The notes under the pieces were generated by a model. That model did no database searches, had not been told where the DNA came from, and saw only the letters and a list, made by a program, of their open reading frames with translations. From assembly GCF_009914755.1 (NCBI RefSeq), contig NC_060943.1: a stretch of DNA of 64,000 bases; one strand, 5' to 3'. The translations under genes and the position numbers were made by a program. Within the stretch, counting starts at the first letter, position 1. Each line of letters starts with the position of its first letter. This document shows, one piece after another, positions 1 through 13,538 of the stretch. Source of the stretch: the human T2T-CHM13v2.0 reference genome, Homo sapiens.

Positions 1-900
1 TCATTTTACTTTATCTTTCTCAGTCTAAATTCATTTTATCTTCTTGCCTAACTTTCATGGCTTGAACCGCCAATGCTATCTTGAATAGAGTGGTAAGAGT
101 GGATATACTTGTCTTGTCCCTGATATTAGGGGGAAAGTATTCAATCTTTCACAATTAAGTATGATGTTAGCTATGAGTTTATTGTAGATGCTCTTTAACA
201 GGTTGAGGAAACTCTCTTCTATTCCTAGTTTGTTCTTTGTATTTTATCATGAAAGAGTGTAGATTTTGTCAAATGCTCTTTCAGTATCATTTGAGAGAAT
301 TACGTGTCTCCCTCCTATAGTCTAGTAAGGTGGTGTATTATATTAATTGATTTTCATATGTTGAACCAACTTTGCATCCGTGGGATAAATCCACTTGGTC
401 ATGGCGTATCGTTCTTTATATATGCTGCTGGATTTGGTTTGCTATGTTTTGTTGAGGATTTTTGAACTTATATTCATAAGAGATGTTGGTCTGTAGTTTT
501 TTTTCCTTGTGATGTCTTTGTCTGGTTTCGGTATCAGGGTAATACAGGCCTCAGAATAGACTGGAAAGTTGTGTTTGGTTTTTTTGAAAAGTTTGTGAAT
601 GATTGGTATTAAGCCTTCTTTAATTGTTTTGTAAAATTCACCATCTGGGTCTGGATGGGCATTTCCCGTGTATGGGTATTCCCCTTTCTCTGCATCCTTG
701 CCAGCATCTGTTATTTCTTGTCTTTTTGATAAAAGCCATTTTAACTGAGATGAGGTATCTTATTGTGGTTTTGATTTGCATTTCCCTAATGTAAGTAATG
801 TTGAACATTTTTTCATATACTTTTTTCATATACTTGAGTGTTTGTATGTCTTCTTTTGAGAACTAGGTATTCAGATCTTTTGCCCCTTTTAAAATCAGAT
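1..900 (-). mobile_element. Old L1 (L1M-type) ORF2 fragments
   Basis: Minus-strand ORF with [13 protein letters not shown]...NNRCWQGC, the L1 ORF2 C-terminal motif; T-rich L1 antisense sequence. Confidence 0.8.
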
Positions 901-1207
901 TCTTTATTTTTCCCAGCAATACAATTATGTACATATTGTTTTATGCCATTACTTTTAAGACCAGTTAAGAGAAGAAAGGATAAGAAATAAGCAATTATAC
1001 TGTTTTAATAAGTAGTTACAAGTTATATAATTGCTTATATAATTACACAATTCTATTTTATTAGTGCTCTCCAGAGGGTGCAGCCTTGGGCATGAGTGCT
1101 GGATCGCTAACTACTCCAGATAATTATGGTTTTAGCTGGGTTCTTTTTTTGGGGTAGCTTTTGCCTTTTTATTACAAATTATATATGTGTATATATATAT
1201 ATATATA

Positions 1208-1548
1208 TATTTTTTTTTTACTTTAAGTTCTGGGATTCATGTGCTGAACATGCAGGTTTGTTACATGTGCCATGGTGGTTTGTTTCACCTATCAACCCGT
1301 CATCTAGGTTTTAAGCCCCGCATGCATTAGGTATTTGTCCTAATGTGCTGCTTCCCTTTTCCCCCAAGACCCTGACAGGCCCCTGGGTGTGATGTTCCCC
1401 TCCCTGTGTCCATGTGTTCTCACAGTTCAACTCTCACTTCTGAGTGAGAACATGTGTTGTTTGGTTTTCTGTTCCTGTGTTAGTTTGCTGAGGATGATGG
1501 TTTCCAGCTTCATCCATGTCCCTGCAAAGGACAGGAACTCATTCTTTT
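1208..1548 (-). mobile_element. L1PA 3' end fragment
   Basis: TACTTTAAGTTCTGGGAT...GTGAGAACATG...CATCCATGTCCCTGCAAAGGACA is the L1PA 3' UTR antisense, preceded by (TA)n/poly-T tail. Confidence 0.85.
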
Positions 1549-1776
1549 TTTACTATTTTTTCCTGATGTTTCTGTTAAGCTTCTGGCCCGTCTGCCTCTG
1601 TTGGTATCACTTGCATCTGTTAGACTCCTCTAATTGTTAATTGATTGCTCTTTTCTTTTTAATAGGCCTGTGGGCTGCTTAATGTCTAACCCTTTTGCCA
1701 AGACAAAGTGTTGCCAGGGTTTGAGGCTGTCTCTGACCCCAGGAGGAGGGCCCTTCTTAGTTATCTCTTTTTCTGA

Positions 1777-2120
<344 letters not shown>

Positions 2121-2999
2121 GGTCTTTTTGTTTCTTGTTACTACTGTCATGGAATTACCACCCTCTTCTTGGTTTTTTAGCACCAGAATTTCAGATATTT
2201 TTGTACGGTGTTCTTAGGCATGAACTTCTCCACACTCTTTTCAAGAAAAGCCAGTTTTAGGGAGACTTGTGGAGCTCTCTGTTCTGATGGCCTCCCTCTC
2301 CCCCGGGCAGAACCGCTGAGCCACTGGACTGGAGCTGGTGTCAGGGACAGCAGCTAGCTTCTCCTGCAGCGATGTCTTTCCTCTACAGCTAGAACACTGG
2401 GAGGGGGTGGTAGCTGCTCCTCTTCTCGGTTTGCCCTTTCTTGTGTGGAACCTCTGCCCCATGAGTGAACTCAGGCAGGATCAGTGAAGCCCAGTGTGCT
2501 TCACCTGCTAAACTTGGCATGGAACTTCCATGCTAGGAGGAGGGGCTGGATGGGAGAAGGAGCCCCGGTGCTGTAAGCCACAATTTCTAACTAATATAGC
2601 ACATCCGCAACATGGAGACAGTAGGATAAAAGATGCTGGTGCACTGCCCTTTCTGAACTGAAACTGTAGCCCTAGGCTGGGAGCTGGGGAGAGGTGGAGT
2701 CCCATTTTCTTGTCCGTGACTACCCAGCATAGAGCTTCAATTACACAGAGTTGGCTGGGGATGTGGGGAATAGGGATAATTTGTGGCTTAAATGCCCTCA
2801 GACTCTCGCTGCTCTATACAGATTGAGTGGAATTTCTTGAATAAACATTTCTTTATTTGCTGTATGCCCTTAGGACAATTTCCTGAGACTTAACTAGTTG
2901 TTTTTATAAAAAAAATAATTTTCATCAGTTAAATGGTTGTTTTGCCGGGAGGAAGGCACCCATGCTCTTCACACTGACTTCTGGAAGTCCTGCTTTATA

Positions 3000-3760
3000 G
3001 TTTGAAATATTTTGCATTTAAGTCTATGATCCATTTCAAATTAATTTTCACATTTTGTGTGAGATAAGGGTCAAGATACATTCCCCCCCAATATAGATAT
3101 CTATTAAAAGGACTAATCTTTGCCTGGTGAGTTGTAGTGGTACAATTGTGATAAATCACTGATTGTCTGTGTGTGGATCTGTATCTGAACTCTGTTTCAT
3201 TCCATTGATAAAATTATTTATCTTTCGCAATACCACGCTCTAAATTATTATAGTTTTATGAAACTTCTTGATCTGTTAGGGTAAGTCGTATAACTTTGTT
3301 TAGTTTCTTCAATATTGTATTGGCTATCTTGTCATTTTCATTTTCTGGTAATTTTTAAAAAAAATATGTATAGAGTCAGGGTGTCACTGTGTTGCCCAGG
3401 CTGGTCTTGAACTCCTGGGATCAAGCAATCCTCTTGCCTCAGCCTCCCAAAGTGCTAGGATTACAGGTGTGAGCCACCGTGCCCAACCATCACTTTCTGA
3501 TAAATTTTAGAATCACTTTGTTAACTTATACAAAACCTTGCTGTAATATTTATTGAATTTGCATTGAATTTATCGATCAATTTGGGGAACACTGACATCT
3601 TTGTTATATTGAGTCTTCCAAAGCATAAACATGGTATGTTTCCCATTTACTTAGGTGTTCTTTAGTATCTTTCAGCAGAGTTTTGCAGAGGTTTCTCACC
3701 TTTCTTTAGATTTAATTCTAGGTATTTGTTATTTTTGATATCATTGTAAATGGTAATGGA
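3000..3760 (-). mobile_element. Old L1 ORF2 fragment with embedded Alu monomer (about 3370-3488)
   Basis: L1 antisense motifs (AAGTCTATGATCCATTT, TTGAGTCTTCC...ATAAACATGGTATG). Confidence 0.7.
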
Positions 3761-3764
3761 GAAT

Positions 3765-6000
3765 TGGCTTCTATCTAGAGCCGTAAAACAAACCTCAACA
3801 AGTTCTAAAGTATTGAAGTTTAACAGAGTAAGTTGTCTGACCATAATTTGATCAAGCTAATGACTACAGAAAGATCTCCAAGCACTTGGCAGCTAAGCAA
3901 CACAACTCTAAATAACTCATGGTTTAAAGATGAGTCTCAAAGATTTTTAAAACTATATTTAACTTAATGAAATGAAAATACAATATATCAAAATTTATGG
4001 AACATATATAAAGCAGTGCTAAGTGTGAAACTTATTGTGCTAAATAGTTGTATTAGAAAAAAGGAAAAATCAATAATCTAAGCTCCCACATCAAGAAGCT
4101 AGGAAAAAATAAAAGAGCAAAATAAACCCAAAGCAAGAAGGAAGGAAATAATAAAGAGGAGAGCAGGAGTCGATAAAATTGAAAACAGAAAAACAGTCTA
4201 GAAAATCAATGAAATAAAGAGTTAATTCTTTGAAAAGATCAATAATCTTTTGATAGTTTTAGCAAAACTCTCAAAAATTCAAAGAGAAGACACAAATTGT
4301 CAGTATCAGGAATGAGACAGGAGATATAGGTTTTGCAGACACTAAAAGAATAATAGTGGAAAACTAGGAATAACTCTACACAATTTGACAACTTAGATGA
4401 AATGGACCACCCATTTAAAAGCACAAATGATCACAACACACCCAATATGAAATACATCATTTTAGTAGCCTTATAACTATTAAGGAAATAGAATTCAGAA
4501 TTTAAAATATCTCCTAAAAAGGAAATCTCCAAGCCCAGATGGTTGCACTTGAGAATCTAACAAATGTTTAAAAAGAAATTGACACCAATTCTGCACAATC
4601 TCATCCAGAGAATAGAATAGGAGGGAATTCAATTCATTTCATAAAATCAGAGTTATTTTGCTACTAAAATCATAAAAAGACAAACAAGAACAATGACAAC
4701 AACAAAGCAATGAAACTATAGACCAATATCCTTCATGCAAAAATCCTTGACAAAATATTTGTAAATTAAATTCAGCAATATAAAAAAATACTTACACATC
4801 ATGCCTATGTAGGGCTTATTCCAGAATGTAAGCCTGGCAGAATATTTCAAAAATCACTCTCAGTGTAATCCATCATATTAACATGCTAAAGAAGAAAAAT
4901 GACATGATCACATCAATTGATGCTGAAAAAGCATCTGATAAAATTTAACACCCATTCGTGATTTTAAAAACTCCCAGAAAAACAGGAATAGGGGGAATTT
5001 CCTCAACTCGATAAAGTCCATCTACAAAAACCCTACAACTAATATAATAAGTAATGGTGAAAAAGTGAATGCTTTCCACCTAAGACTGAGCAAAGGAGAG
5101 GAAGTCTGCTTTCACCATTCTTATTCAGTGTATTGCTGGACATTCTAACCAGGGCAATAAGTCAAGGAAAAAAAGAATTACAATTTATACAGATTGGAAA
5201 GGAAGCAATAAAACTGTTCCTATATTTGTAGGCCACACAACTGTCTATGTAAACAGTCCCAAGGAATCTAAAAATGTACTCCTATAACTAATAAGTGAGT
5301 TTAGCAAGGTTTCAGAATGCAAGATCAACATAGAAAAAATCAATCGTGTTTCTTTATACCAATAATGAACATGTGGACATTGAAATTAATAACAAAATAG
5401 CACCTGCAATTGTTCAAAAATGAAAAAGTTAGGTGTAAATCTAACAAAACATGTACAGGACTTATATGCTGAAAATTACAAAATGCTCCTGAAAGAAATA
5501 AATGGAGAGACATGCCATTTTCATGGATTGTAAAACTCAACTAGTAAAGATGTTAGTTCCCCCCAAATTGATTGCAATTTATATTTTATTTTATTTTGAG
5601 ACAGAGTGTCACTCTGTCACCTAGACAGGAGTGCAGTGGCGCGATCTTGGCTCACTGCAAACCTCCGCCTCCCGGGTTCAAGTGATTCTCCTGCCTCAGG
5701 CCCCCTAGTAGCTGGGATTACAGGTGCGCACTACCATGCCTGGCTAATTTTTTTGTATTTTTAGTAGAGATGGGGTTTCACCCTGTTAGCCAGGACGGTC
5801 TTGATCTCCTGACCTCGTGATCCACCCACCTTGGCCTCCCAAAGTGCTAGGATTACAGGTGTGAGCCACCGCGCCCGGCCTGATTGCAATTTCTATCAAA
5901 ATCCCAGCAAGATTTTATTTTTGGGGGGGCGGGTGGGTATAGACAAGATTCTATATTTATATGGAAAGGCAGAGGAACTAGAATAGCTAAAACAGTTTTG
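3765..6000 (+). mobile_element. Old L1 ORF2 fragment (sense), interrupted by an Alu
   Basis: A-rich degenerate ORF2 RT-region sequence (AAACTATAGACCAATATCC, ATCAATTGATGCTGAAAAAGCAT). Confidence 0.85.
5581..5880 (-). mobile_element. AluS with 12-bp TSD TGATTGCAATTT
   Basis: Full dimer; TSD at 5569-5580 and 5881-5892. Confidence 0.92.
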
Positions 6001-7187
6001 ACACTTGTACCTTTTCTTGTTAATTTCATGTACAACTTTTCTTGAATAACCAAGCTGGCAGGTGAGGCTCATCAAGAATATCCAGATTCTTGATCTTCTT
6101 AGGCTTTGTAAAGGAGGCCAGTACCCTTCAACGTGCATGGGAGGCTAAGAATGGAGCTTGGGAGAGAAGAGCCCTCCCTAAGGTTACTGATGCGGTCAGG
6201 ATGATTAGGAGTAAGGGCTCCCCCACAAGTTGTGGCAGCAGGTGGGGGATGGAGTGTCAGATCAGTTGTCATCACTGAGGGCTGGCTTCCTTACTGCCCG
6301 GGTCCTGCCAGATCTGCTGCCTTCCTCATAGGCATTGGTTTACCTTGTGATTTTGTTTATCTGGGCTGCACTCTCAGGTGCTGTATCACATATCATCTGC
6401 CACTTACTATTATTACTATTATTACAATCTGCACTCTAGAACCACATGCCCTTTGGATCCTCACAACAACTCCATGAAAAAATCGCAGCTGTCACTCTTC
6501 TCTGGTTCTCTTTTGGAGTTTATGGTGCCTGTGCACTTCTGCTAGATCACGTGAAAACTGTGGATATGACTCCAAATAGTTCTCCAGGGAGTAAACAAAG
6601 TGGTTTGGGGCATCATCTTTTGAAACTTCTAAGGATACAGTGCCTGGGAAATATAGAATTAGAAGGTGTTTAGTAGAAGGGGGATTAAAATAGATGGGAA
6701 GAGCCACCTTCTCTAGTTTCATGTTCATTGGTAATGGCCGGTGGTACTGGAGGCCATGAGCTTCCTCAAGCCACAACATGGAGTAGGACTTGGCTGCATT
6801 CACTCTCTGATATGGAGTAGCCCAGGAGAGGAAAAAGGTTATAGTATAAGGGGAACATTTTTCATTTGCAAGTACAGAAGACAAAAACGAACACCCTTCC
6901 TCTTATTTTGCTCACATAATCTCATTGTCACCTGCCTGTACATGCTTTCAAAAGCTGCCTGTACATGTTTTCACCTGCCTGTACATGCTTTCAACCATGG
7001 AATATTTGAACTTGGATCACTATGTTAGTCAGGTGATTGCATCCATAAAAAAACCTTCATATTCCATCATTTTTTTCCATTTCCTTTATCTCTCAACCTT
7101 CACCCACAGTCATGGTGTCAGAAACTGCAAAACAAATGAGGAGAGCCCCAAATTTTAGACCTACTGTCCGTCTCTACAGAAAATAGA

Positions 7188-7368
7188 AAATTACCTGGGC
7201 ATGGTGGCACATGTCTGTAGTCTCACCTACTCAGGAAGCTGAAGTGAGAGGATCGTTTGAGCCCTGGAGTTCAAGGCTGCAGTGAGTCAAGATGGCACCA
7301 CTGCACTCCAGTCTGGGTGACAGAGTAAGACCCTGTCTCAAAAAACAAAAAGCAAACAAACAAAAAAA
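7188..7368 (+). mobile_element. Alu right monomer (FRAM/AluJ-like)
   Basis: Single-arm Alu with A-rich tail. Confidence 0.8.
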
Positions 7369-7786
7369 GACCTACTCAAGCCCAATCCTATCTCCAAGAC
7401 AATCCTGCACCCCAGTTCTCCACTTGCCAATCTTACTCAGCTTCCTTCCTCCTTCCTTATCACCTTAATCTTAACCATGGTTAATCTTTAACAGCTGCTC
7501 CCTCCTTTTTCCAACTGGTAAACTTCAGCATATTCTTAGAATCATAAACGAAGATATTCCAAGAGTTTTCCCTGCATTCTCTTTCCTAGAAGGGTCCATG
7601 CTTCTCTGGCCCTGCTGTCTGGACTCTTAACTGTGTCAGTTAGATCCTATGCAAAGATAGTTCCAAACCCAAGCCTTTAGAGCTAATCTGGAACTAAGCC
7701 TTCCCCACCCTGGCCTGCCCTCCCTGAGATCAACCTAGTGGCCACACTTCCAGCCCCATCCTTAACCTCCTTTCTTTCTCTCCCAG

Positions 7787-7840
7787 CTCCTGCTTATGTG
7801 TCAGTCTGTCTCCTCCTCTTGTGTCCAAGGGAAGTCATCG
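7787..7840 (+). CDS. IGFL2: IGFL2 coding exon 2 (signal peptide; APAYVSVCLLLLCPREVI)
   Basis: Polypyrimidine tract and CAG acceptor (AG 7785-7786), GTGAGT donor at 7841; 54-nt phase-1 exon whose translation matches the recalled IGFL2 N-terminus MVPRIFAPAYVSVCLLLLCPREVIA. First coding exon is outside the window. Confidence 0.95.
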
Positions 7841-7882
7841 GTGAGTACAAGGATGGGCAAGAGTGAAGAGGAAGGAGGCTGA

Positions 7883-8254
<372 letters not shown>

Positions 8255-8441
8255 TAGGGACCCCGTCCCTGGCCAGGGGGTCGGGGGAAGGGAGGTGGAA
8301 ATGAGGAGGGGAGTCTAGATGTCTTCATCACTCCTTTTGAAGAGCCCTGGCCCTGTAGTCTAATCTCTAGCAGTTTCTCAAATATTTTCAGTTATCTCCT
8401 TGTCTGTTATTCGTAATTTCTTGGTTTCTTTTTCTCTGTAG

Positions 8442-8460
8442 CAGAAGACGTTTTCCCTGA
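8442..8460 (+). CDS. IGFL2: IGFL2 last coding exon (S-R-R-R-F-P-stop)
   Basis: Pyrimidine tract and TAG acceptor ending 8441; AG|C AGA AGA CGT TTT CCC TGA completes the recalled C-terminus ...KCESRRRFP. Confidence 0.92.
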
Positions 8461-8519
8461 GAAGACATAGAAAGAAAATCAACTTTCACTAAGGCATCTC
8501 AGAAACATAGGCTAGGGTA

Positions 8520-8690
8520 ATATGTGTACCAGTAGAGAAGCCTGAGGAATTTACAAAATGATGCAGCTCCAAGCCATTGTATGGCCCATGTGGGAGACTG
8601 ATGGGACATGGAGAATGACAGTAGATTATCAGGAAATAAATAAAGTGGTTTTTCCAATGTACACACCTGTACCCAATGTCGTCTCCTTTC
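8520..8690 (+). mobile_element. ERV-L-class pol fragment 1 (RT N-terminus)
   Basis: ORF 8558.. reads IVWPMWETDGTWRMTVDYQEINKVVFPMYTPVPNVVSFL, matching the class III retroviral RT motif VWPV.K.DG.WRMTVDYR.LN.V. Confidence 0.8.
8635..8644 (+). terminator. IGFL2: IGFL2 polyadenylation signal (overlapping AATAAATAAA)
   Basis: Two overlapping AATAAA about 175 nt after the stop codon, followed by GT/T-rich sequence. Confidence 0.75.
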
Positions 8691-8809
8691 TTTTTTTTTT
8701 TTTTTTTTGGATTGAAATAGGCAAGGAAGACTATTCAAGACTATTGCAATGGAGGAAAGAGATTGAACTCAGTTCTGCTGAAACAAAAGGCTGGAGAGAG
8801 TTTTTAAGT

Positions 8810-11800
8810 ACACTATTATTGTGTGGGAGTCTAAGTCTCTTTGAAGGTCTTTAAGAGTTTCCTCTATTAATCTATGTGCTTCTCTGTTGGTTGCAAATAT
8901 ATTTAGGATAATTAGGTCTTCTTGTTGAATTGAACCCTTTACCATTATGTGATGCCCTTCTTTTTTTATCTTCATTGGTTTAATGTCTTTGTCTGAAATT
9001 AGGATTGCAACTCCTGCTTTTTTCTGTTTTCCATTTGCTTAGTAGATTTTCCTCCATTCCTTTATTTTGAGCCTATGAGTGCCATTAAGTGTGAGATGGG
9101 CTTCTTGAAGACAGCATACCATTGGGTCTTGCTTTTTTATCCAGCTTACTAGTCTGTGTCTTTTAAGTGAGGCCTTTAGCCTGTTTACATTAAAGGTTAG
9201 TATTGATATATGTGGATTTGATCCTGTCATTGTGCTGTTAGCTGGTTATTATGTTGGCTTGTTTGTGTGGTTGCTTTATAGTGACACTGGTCTGTGTGTT
9301 TAAGTGTGTTTTTGTATTAGCTGGTTGTGGTCTTTCCTTCTATATTTAGTGCTCCTTTCAAAATCTCTTGTAAGGCAGAGCTGGTGGTAATGAATTCCCT
9401 CAACATTTGCTTATCTGAAAAGGATCTTAGGAAGCATAGTTTGGCTGGATATAAAATTCTTGGTTGAAGACTTTTTCTTTGAGAATGTTGAATATAGATC
9501 CCCAATCTCTTCTGGCTTGTGCTGAGAAGTCTGCTGTTAGCCTGATGGGGTTCTCTTTGTAGGTGACCTGCCTTTTCGCTCTAGGTGCCTTTAACATTCT
9601 TTCTTTCATTTCAACCTTGGAAAATCTGATGATTATGTGTCTTGGGGATGATCTCCTTGTGTAGAATCTTGCAAGAGTTCTCTGTATTTCCTGAATTTGT
9701 GTGTTGGCTTCTCTAGCAAGGTTGAGAAAGTTTTCATGGACAATATCCTGAAGTATGTTTTCCAAGTTGTTTGCTTTCTCCCTCTCCCTTTCAGGGATGC
9801 CAGTGATTCATAAATTTAGCCTGTTTACATAATCCCATACTTCTTGGAGGTTTGGTCATTTCTTTTTATTTTTTATTTTTCTTTATTTTTGTCTGACTCT
9901 CTTATTTCAAAGAACCAGTCTTCAAGTTCTGAGATTCTTTCCTCAGCTTGGTTTATTCTACTGTTAATACTTGTGATTGCATTGTGAAATTCTTGTGTTG
10001 TGTTATTCAGCTCTGCCAGACCTGTTAGGTTCTTTTTTATACCAGCTATTTTGTCCTTTGGTTCTTGTATCACTTTATTGTGACTCTTGTTTTCCTTGGA
10101 TTGGGTTTTGCCATCCTCCTGAATTTCAGTGATCTTTGTTTCTATCTGTATTCTGAATTCTACTTCTGTCATTTCAGCTAGTTCAGCATGGTTCATAACT
10201 CTTGTTGCAGAACTAGTGTGGTCGTTTGGAGGACATATGACCCTCTGGCCATTTGAGTTACTGGAGTTCTTGCATTGCTTCTTTCTCATCTCTGTGTGTG
10301 GGTGTTTCTTTAACCACAGTGTAGATTAAGTACAGTCAATAGACTTCTTTTCTGGATGTTTTCCCTGGGCTGAGGCTTTGTGTGGGGTCTTTATTTGAAA
10401 CTGACTTCTTGTCTCTGGTTTCAGAGGCCGGATATGTTAGTAAGGTATTATTTATGTTGACGCTTTGGGGTGTGATCCAGCAGGTGGCACTTAGGCTTAT
10501 TGGTCAGTTGTATGGCTCCCCTATGTTTCCTCACAGTTGCAGCTGTGTTTTCTCACAATGCTCTGAAAGTGTGGGTTCCTCTCCCTCTTGAGTGCTGGCT
10601 GTGATTATGACTTGGGACTCCTGGGCTGCCCACTGCAGCTCTGGGGTGATCTCAGTGTTTATGTTCCTTCCTCAAGTTGGAAGCAGCAGAGGAAGGGATC
10701 TTATTAGTGGTTGTGGCCAAGGGTTGTTTGCTTGTCTCCTGGGGGCTCCATTCCAGAGAGATGAAGGTCAGCAGCCACTCAGTGCAGTCAGCTCAAGGTG
10801 GAGCATCTGTGCCGTGGGTCCATGCCAGGGGTTCCCTGCCTGGTGATGAGCAGTGGGAGAGGGAGTATGGGACCCATGGGAAACAGACTGATCTCCTCTC
10901 CTTGGGTTGACTGCAGCTTGTTGGAGGTGTGAATAAAGCGCTTAGGGCCTTTGCTCCTTTGTTAGTCTGAGGGTGGCAAGGACAGTTCCACTGCAGAGGC
11001 AGTGGCAGAGGGGCTTTCAGATGGCGCTGGAGGCTCTGTTCATGGAGTTGCTGAGTTGCTACTGGCTTCATAGCTCTGGCAGGGGGTGGCTGGAGGCCTA
11101 GGCTTGGAGAATCTGCCTGATGAGGAGACATGGGAATGGGCACCAATGTAACAGTCTGTCCTCTTTTCTGTAGGGCTGCTGTGGTATTCTGGGGGCCTGC
11201 TCCAGTCCTTAGTTGCCTCAGATAGTCCAGTACCTGGAGGTATCACCAGTGAAGACTGTGAAACAGCAAAAATAGCAGCAGTCCCTCCCTGAAGCTTCAT
11301 CCCAGGATGGTACAGGCTTGTTGCCAATGCAAAGGCACCTGTAGGAGGTGGCTGAAGACCCCATTTGGGAGGTCCTGCCCAGTGAGGAGGAATGGGATCA
11401 GGGACCTGCTTAAAGAAACAGTCTGGCCATGTTTTGGTAGAGCAGCTGTGCTGTGCTGGGGGTCCATGTCAGCCCCTGGTTCCTCAGATACTCTGAGGCC
11501 TGAAGGCTGGAACAGCTAAGTCATCTAAATGGCAAAGATAGTGGCCCGTCTCTCCCTCTGGGAGCTCTGTCCCAGGGTGGTTACAAATCTCTGTAGGATG
11601 GAGAACACAAACAGGGGTGACTGTAGGTCCTGGTTGGGACATTCCACCCAGTGAGGAGGAACGGGATCAGGGACCCATTTAAAGAAGAAGTCTGACCACC
11701 TTTTGGTGGAGCAGCTGTGCTGTGCTGGGGGACCTCTTCTGCCCCCAGTCAGCTCAGACTCTCCAATACCCAAAGGCTGAAACAGCTAAGTCACCCAAAC

Positions 11801-11905
11801 AGCAAAGATGGCAGCCCACCCCTCCCTCTGGGGGTTCCATCCCAGGGAGAATTCAAACCTCTGTCAGCTGGAGAACATCAGCAGGGGTGGCTGGAGGCCC
11901 CAGTT
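8810..11905 (-). mobile_element. L1PB-like element, 5' UTR + ORF1 + start of ORF2
   Basis: ORF1 relics (9873..10289 INSRINQAEERISELED; 9427..9765 ENFLNLAREANTQIQEIQRT...RHIIIRFSK); ORF2 start MTGSNPHISILTFNVN at 9230; duplicated monomer in the 5' UTR. Confidence 0.92.
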
Positions 11906-13538
11906 GATCACCTGCTTCCTGATGAGGATAGGAGAAGCACTTGGTACATACCATTTTATCAATTTAGCCAGTGTCTTCTGCAGCATCCCCATTTCCTCAG
12001 AGGGTCAAGACCAATTTACAGTCACCTGGTAAAGGAGAACAATAGACCTTTACGTCTTGCGTGAGGGATATTTACATAACCTTATAGTGGCTGCTGACCT
12101 GAGTAGATGGAGTGCGCTGGAGAAGGCACGTGTTTTCCATTACATTGATGATATCACTAACTTCTGAGTCTTTTTTCAGCTTACAAACTGCAGGCCCCAC
12201 CTTGCTGTCTCACTTCGTGAACAGAGGATGGGTGGTCAATGTAGACAAAGTTCAGGGTCCAGGCTTATCAAATACTTGAGTGTCGTCTGGTCAGGTAAGA
12301 CTAAAGTTGTTCCATCTGTCATTATAGATATGGTGTAGGCCTAACTGTGTCCTACCACACCAAAGCAGTTGCAGACCTTCTTAGGCCTTCTAGGGTATTG
12401 GTGTCTTTTTATTCCCCATGTGGCCCAACTTGTTAGGCCCTTGTACTGCTTAGTCAAGAAAGGGGCCCACTGGGACTGGTCCACAAAGGAGGATGATGCC
12501 TTTGGACAAGCTAAACTCACAGTGAAGTGAATACAAACCTTGGGTGTTCTAGGGCAGGGACGGCCTTGTAAATTTGACGTAGCCAGTTACTCCAAGAGGT
12601 TAGGGCGCAGCCTGTGGCAAAGGTGAGGACACAGATATGTGCCTGTAGTATTCCGGTCCCAACTATGGAAGGGTGCTGAAGTTATCTGTAGAATCATGGA
12701 TCAACAATGCTACACTACATATCATGCCTTACAGCAAAGGGAGGATGTTACAAAGGGGGTCCCATTCTAGTCTGCAGCCAGCACCCCATAGCAGGTTGGC
12801 TGAAGGACACCTTCCAGAAACCAAAGTCTGGGAATGCCCAGACACAGAGTGTGGCCAAATAGCATGCATGCTTGCACAGAGGAGCACATTAACTAGCACA
12901 GGGAGCACATTAACTAGCACAGGGCTCCATTTGGTGCGTGGCCCTGTCACCTACATGACAGCTGAAGGAGGGCCTTTGACACAGACACTGAGCCTCCGCA
13001 AATTACCTCCTCATGCAAGAGGGACAGGGCCCGATTTCTGACCAGGCCTGGTACAGAGGTGGCTTGTCACGAGGCAATGCCTGCACTTGGATAGCCATGG
13101 TCATCCAGCCATCCACTGATAGTATCTGGCTTGATACAGGCAAAGGACATAATAGCCAATGGGCTGAGCTGTGAGCCGCCTGGGTTGTCTCTTCTGTGAG
13201 CCGGACCCAATAGTCCTGTGCATCAATAGCTGGTCCATCTTTAAGGGACTTACCATGTGGCTACTACAGTGGGAAACACCGGATTGGATGGTAGCTGGCC
13301 GCCCCCTTTGGGGAGGCTGACATGTGGAAGGACATTCTCCATTGTATCTCGGACATGCATATAATGGCCTAGCATGTGGATGCCTGCACAGCACCTGCAC
13401 CACCTGGAAATCAGCAGGTGGACTAGCTATCCCACATTCATCTACTGGAGGAAGTTCTGTTTCTAACTTCCAAAAAGGTGTTAGAAACAGAAGATGTGGC
13501 CCACTGGCTAACAAAGAGGACATTAAGAACAAGATACC
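11906..13538 (+). mobile_element. ERV-L-class pol fragment 2 (RT, RNase H, start of integrase)
   Basis: INLASVFCSIPISSEGQDQFTVTW resembles DLANAFFSIP...QDQFAFTW; catalytic YIDD codons TAC ATT GAT GAT at 12141-12152; many stops and frameshifts. Confidence 0.85.

Noticed and set aside
9039-10289. Functional L1 ORF1/ORF2
   Set aside because: Broken into several short ORFs by stops and frameshifts; most of ORF2 missing.
12880-12923. 21-bp tandem duplication in ERV-L pol
   Set aside because: Simple local duplication in a dead element; no evidence of function.
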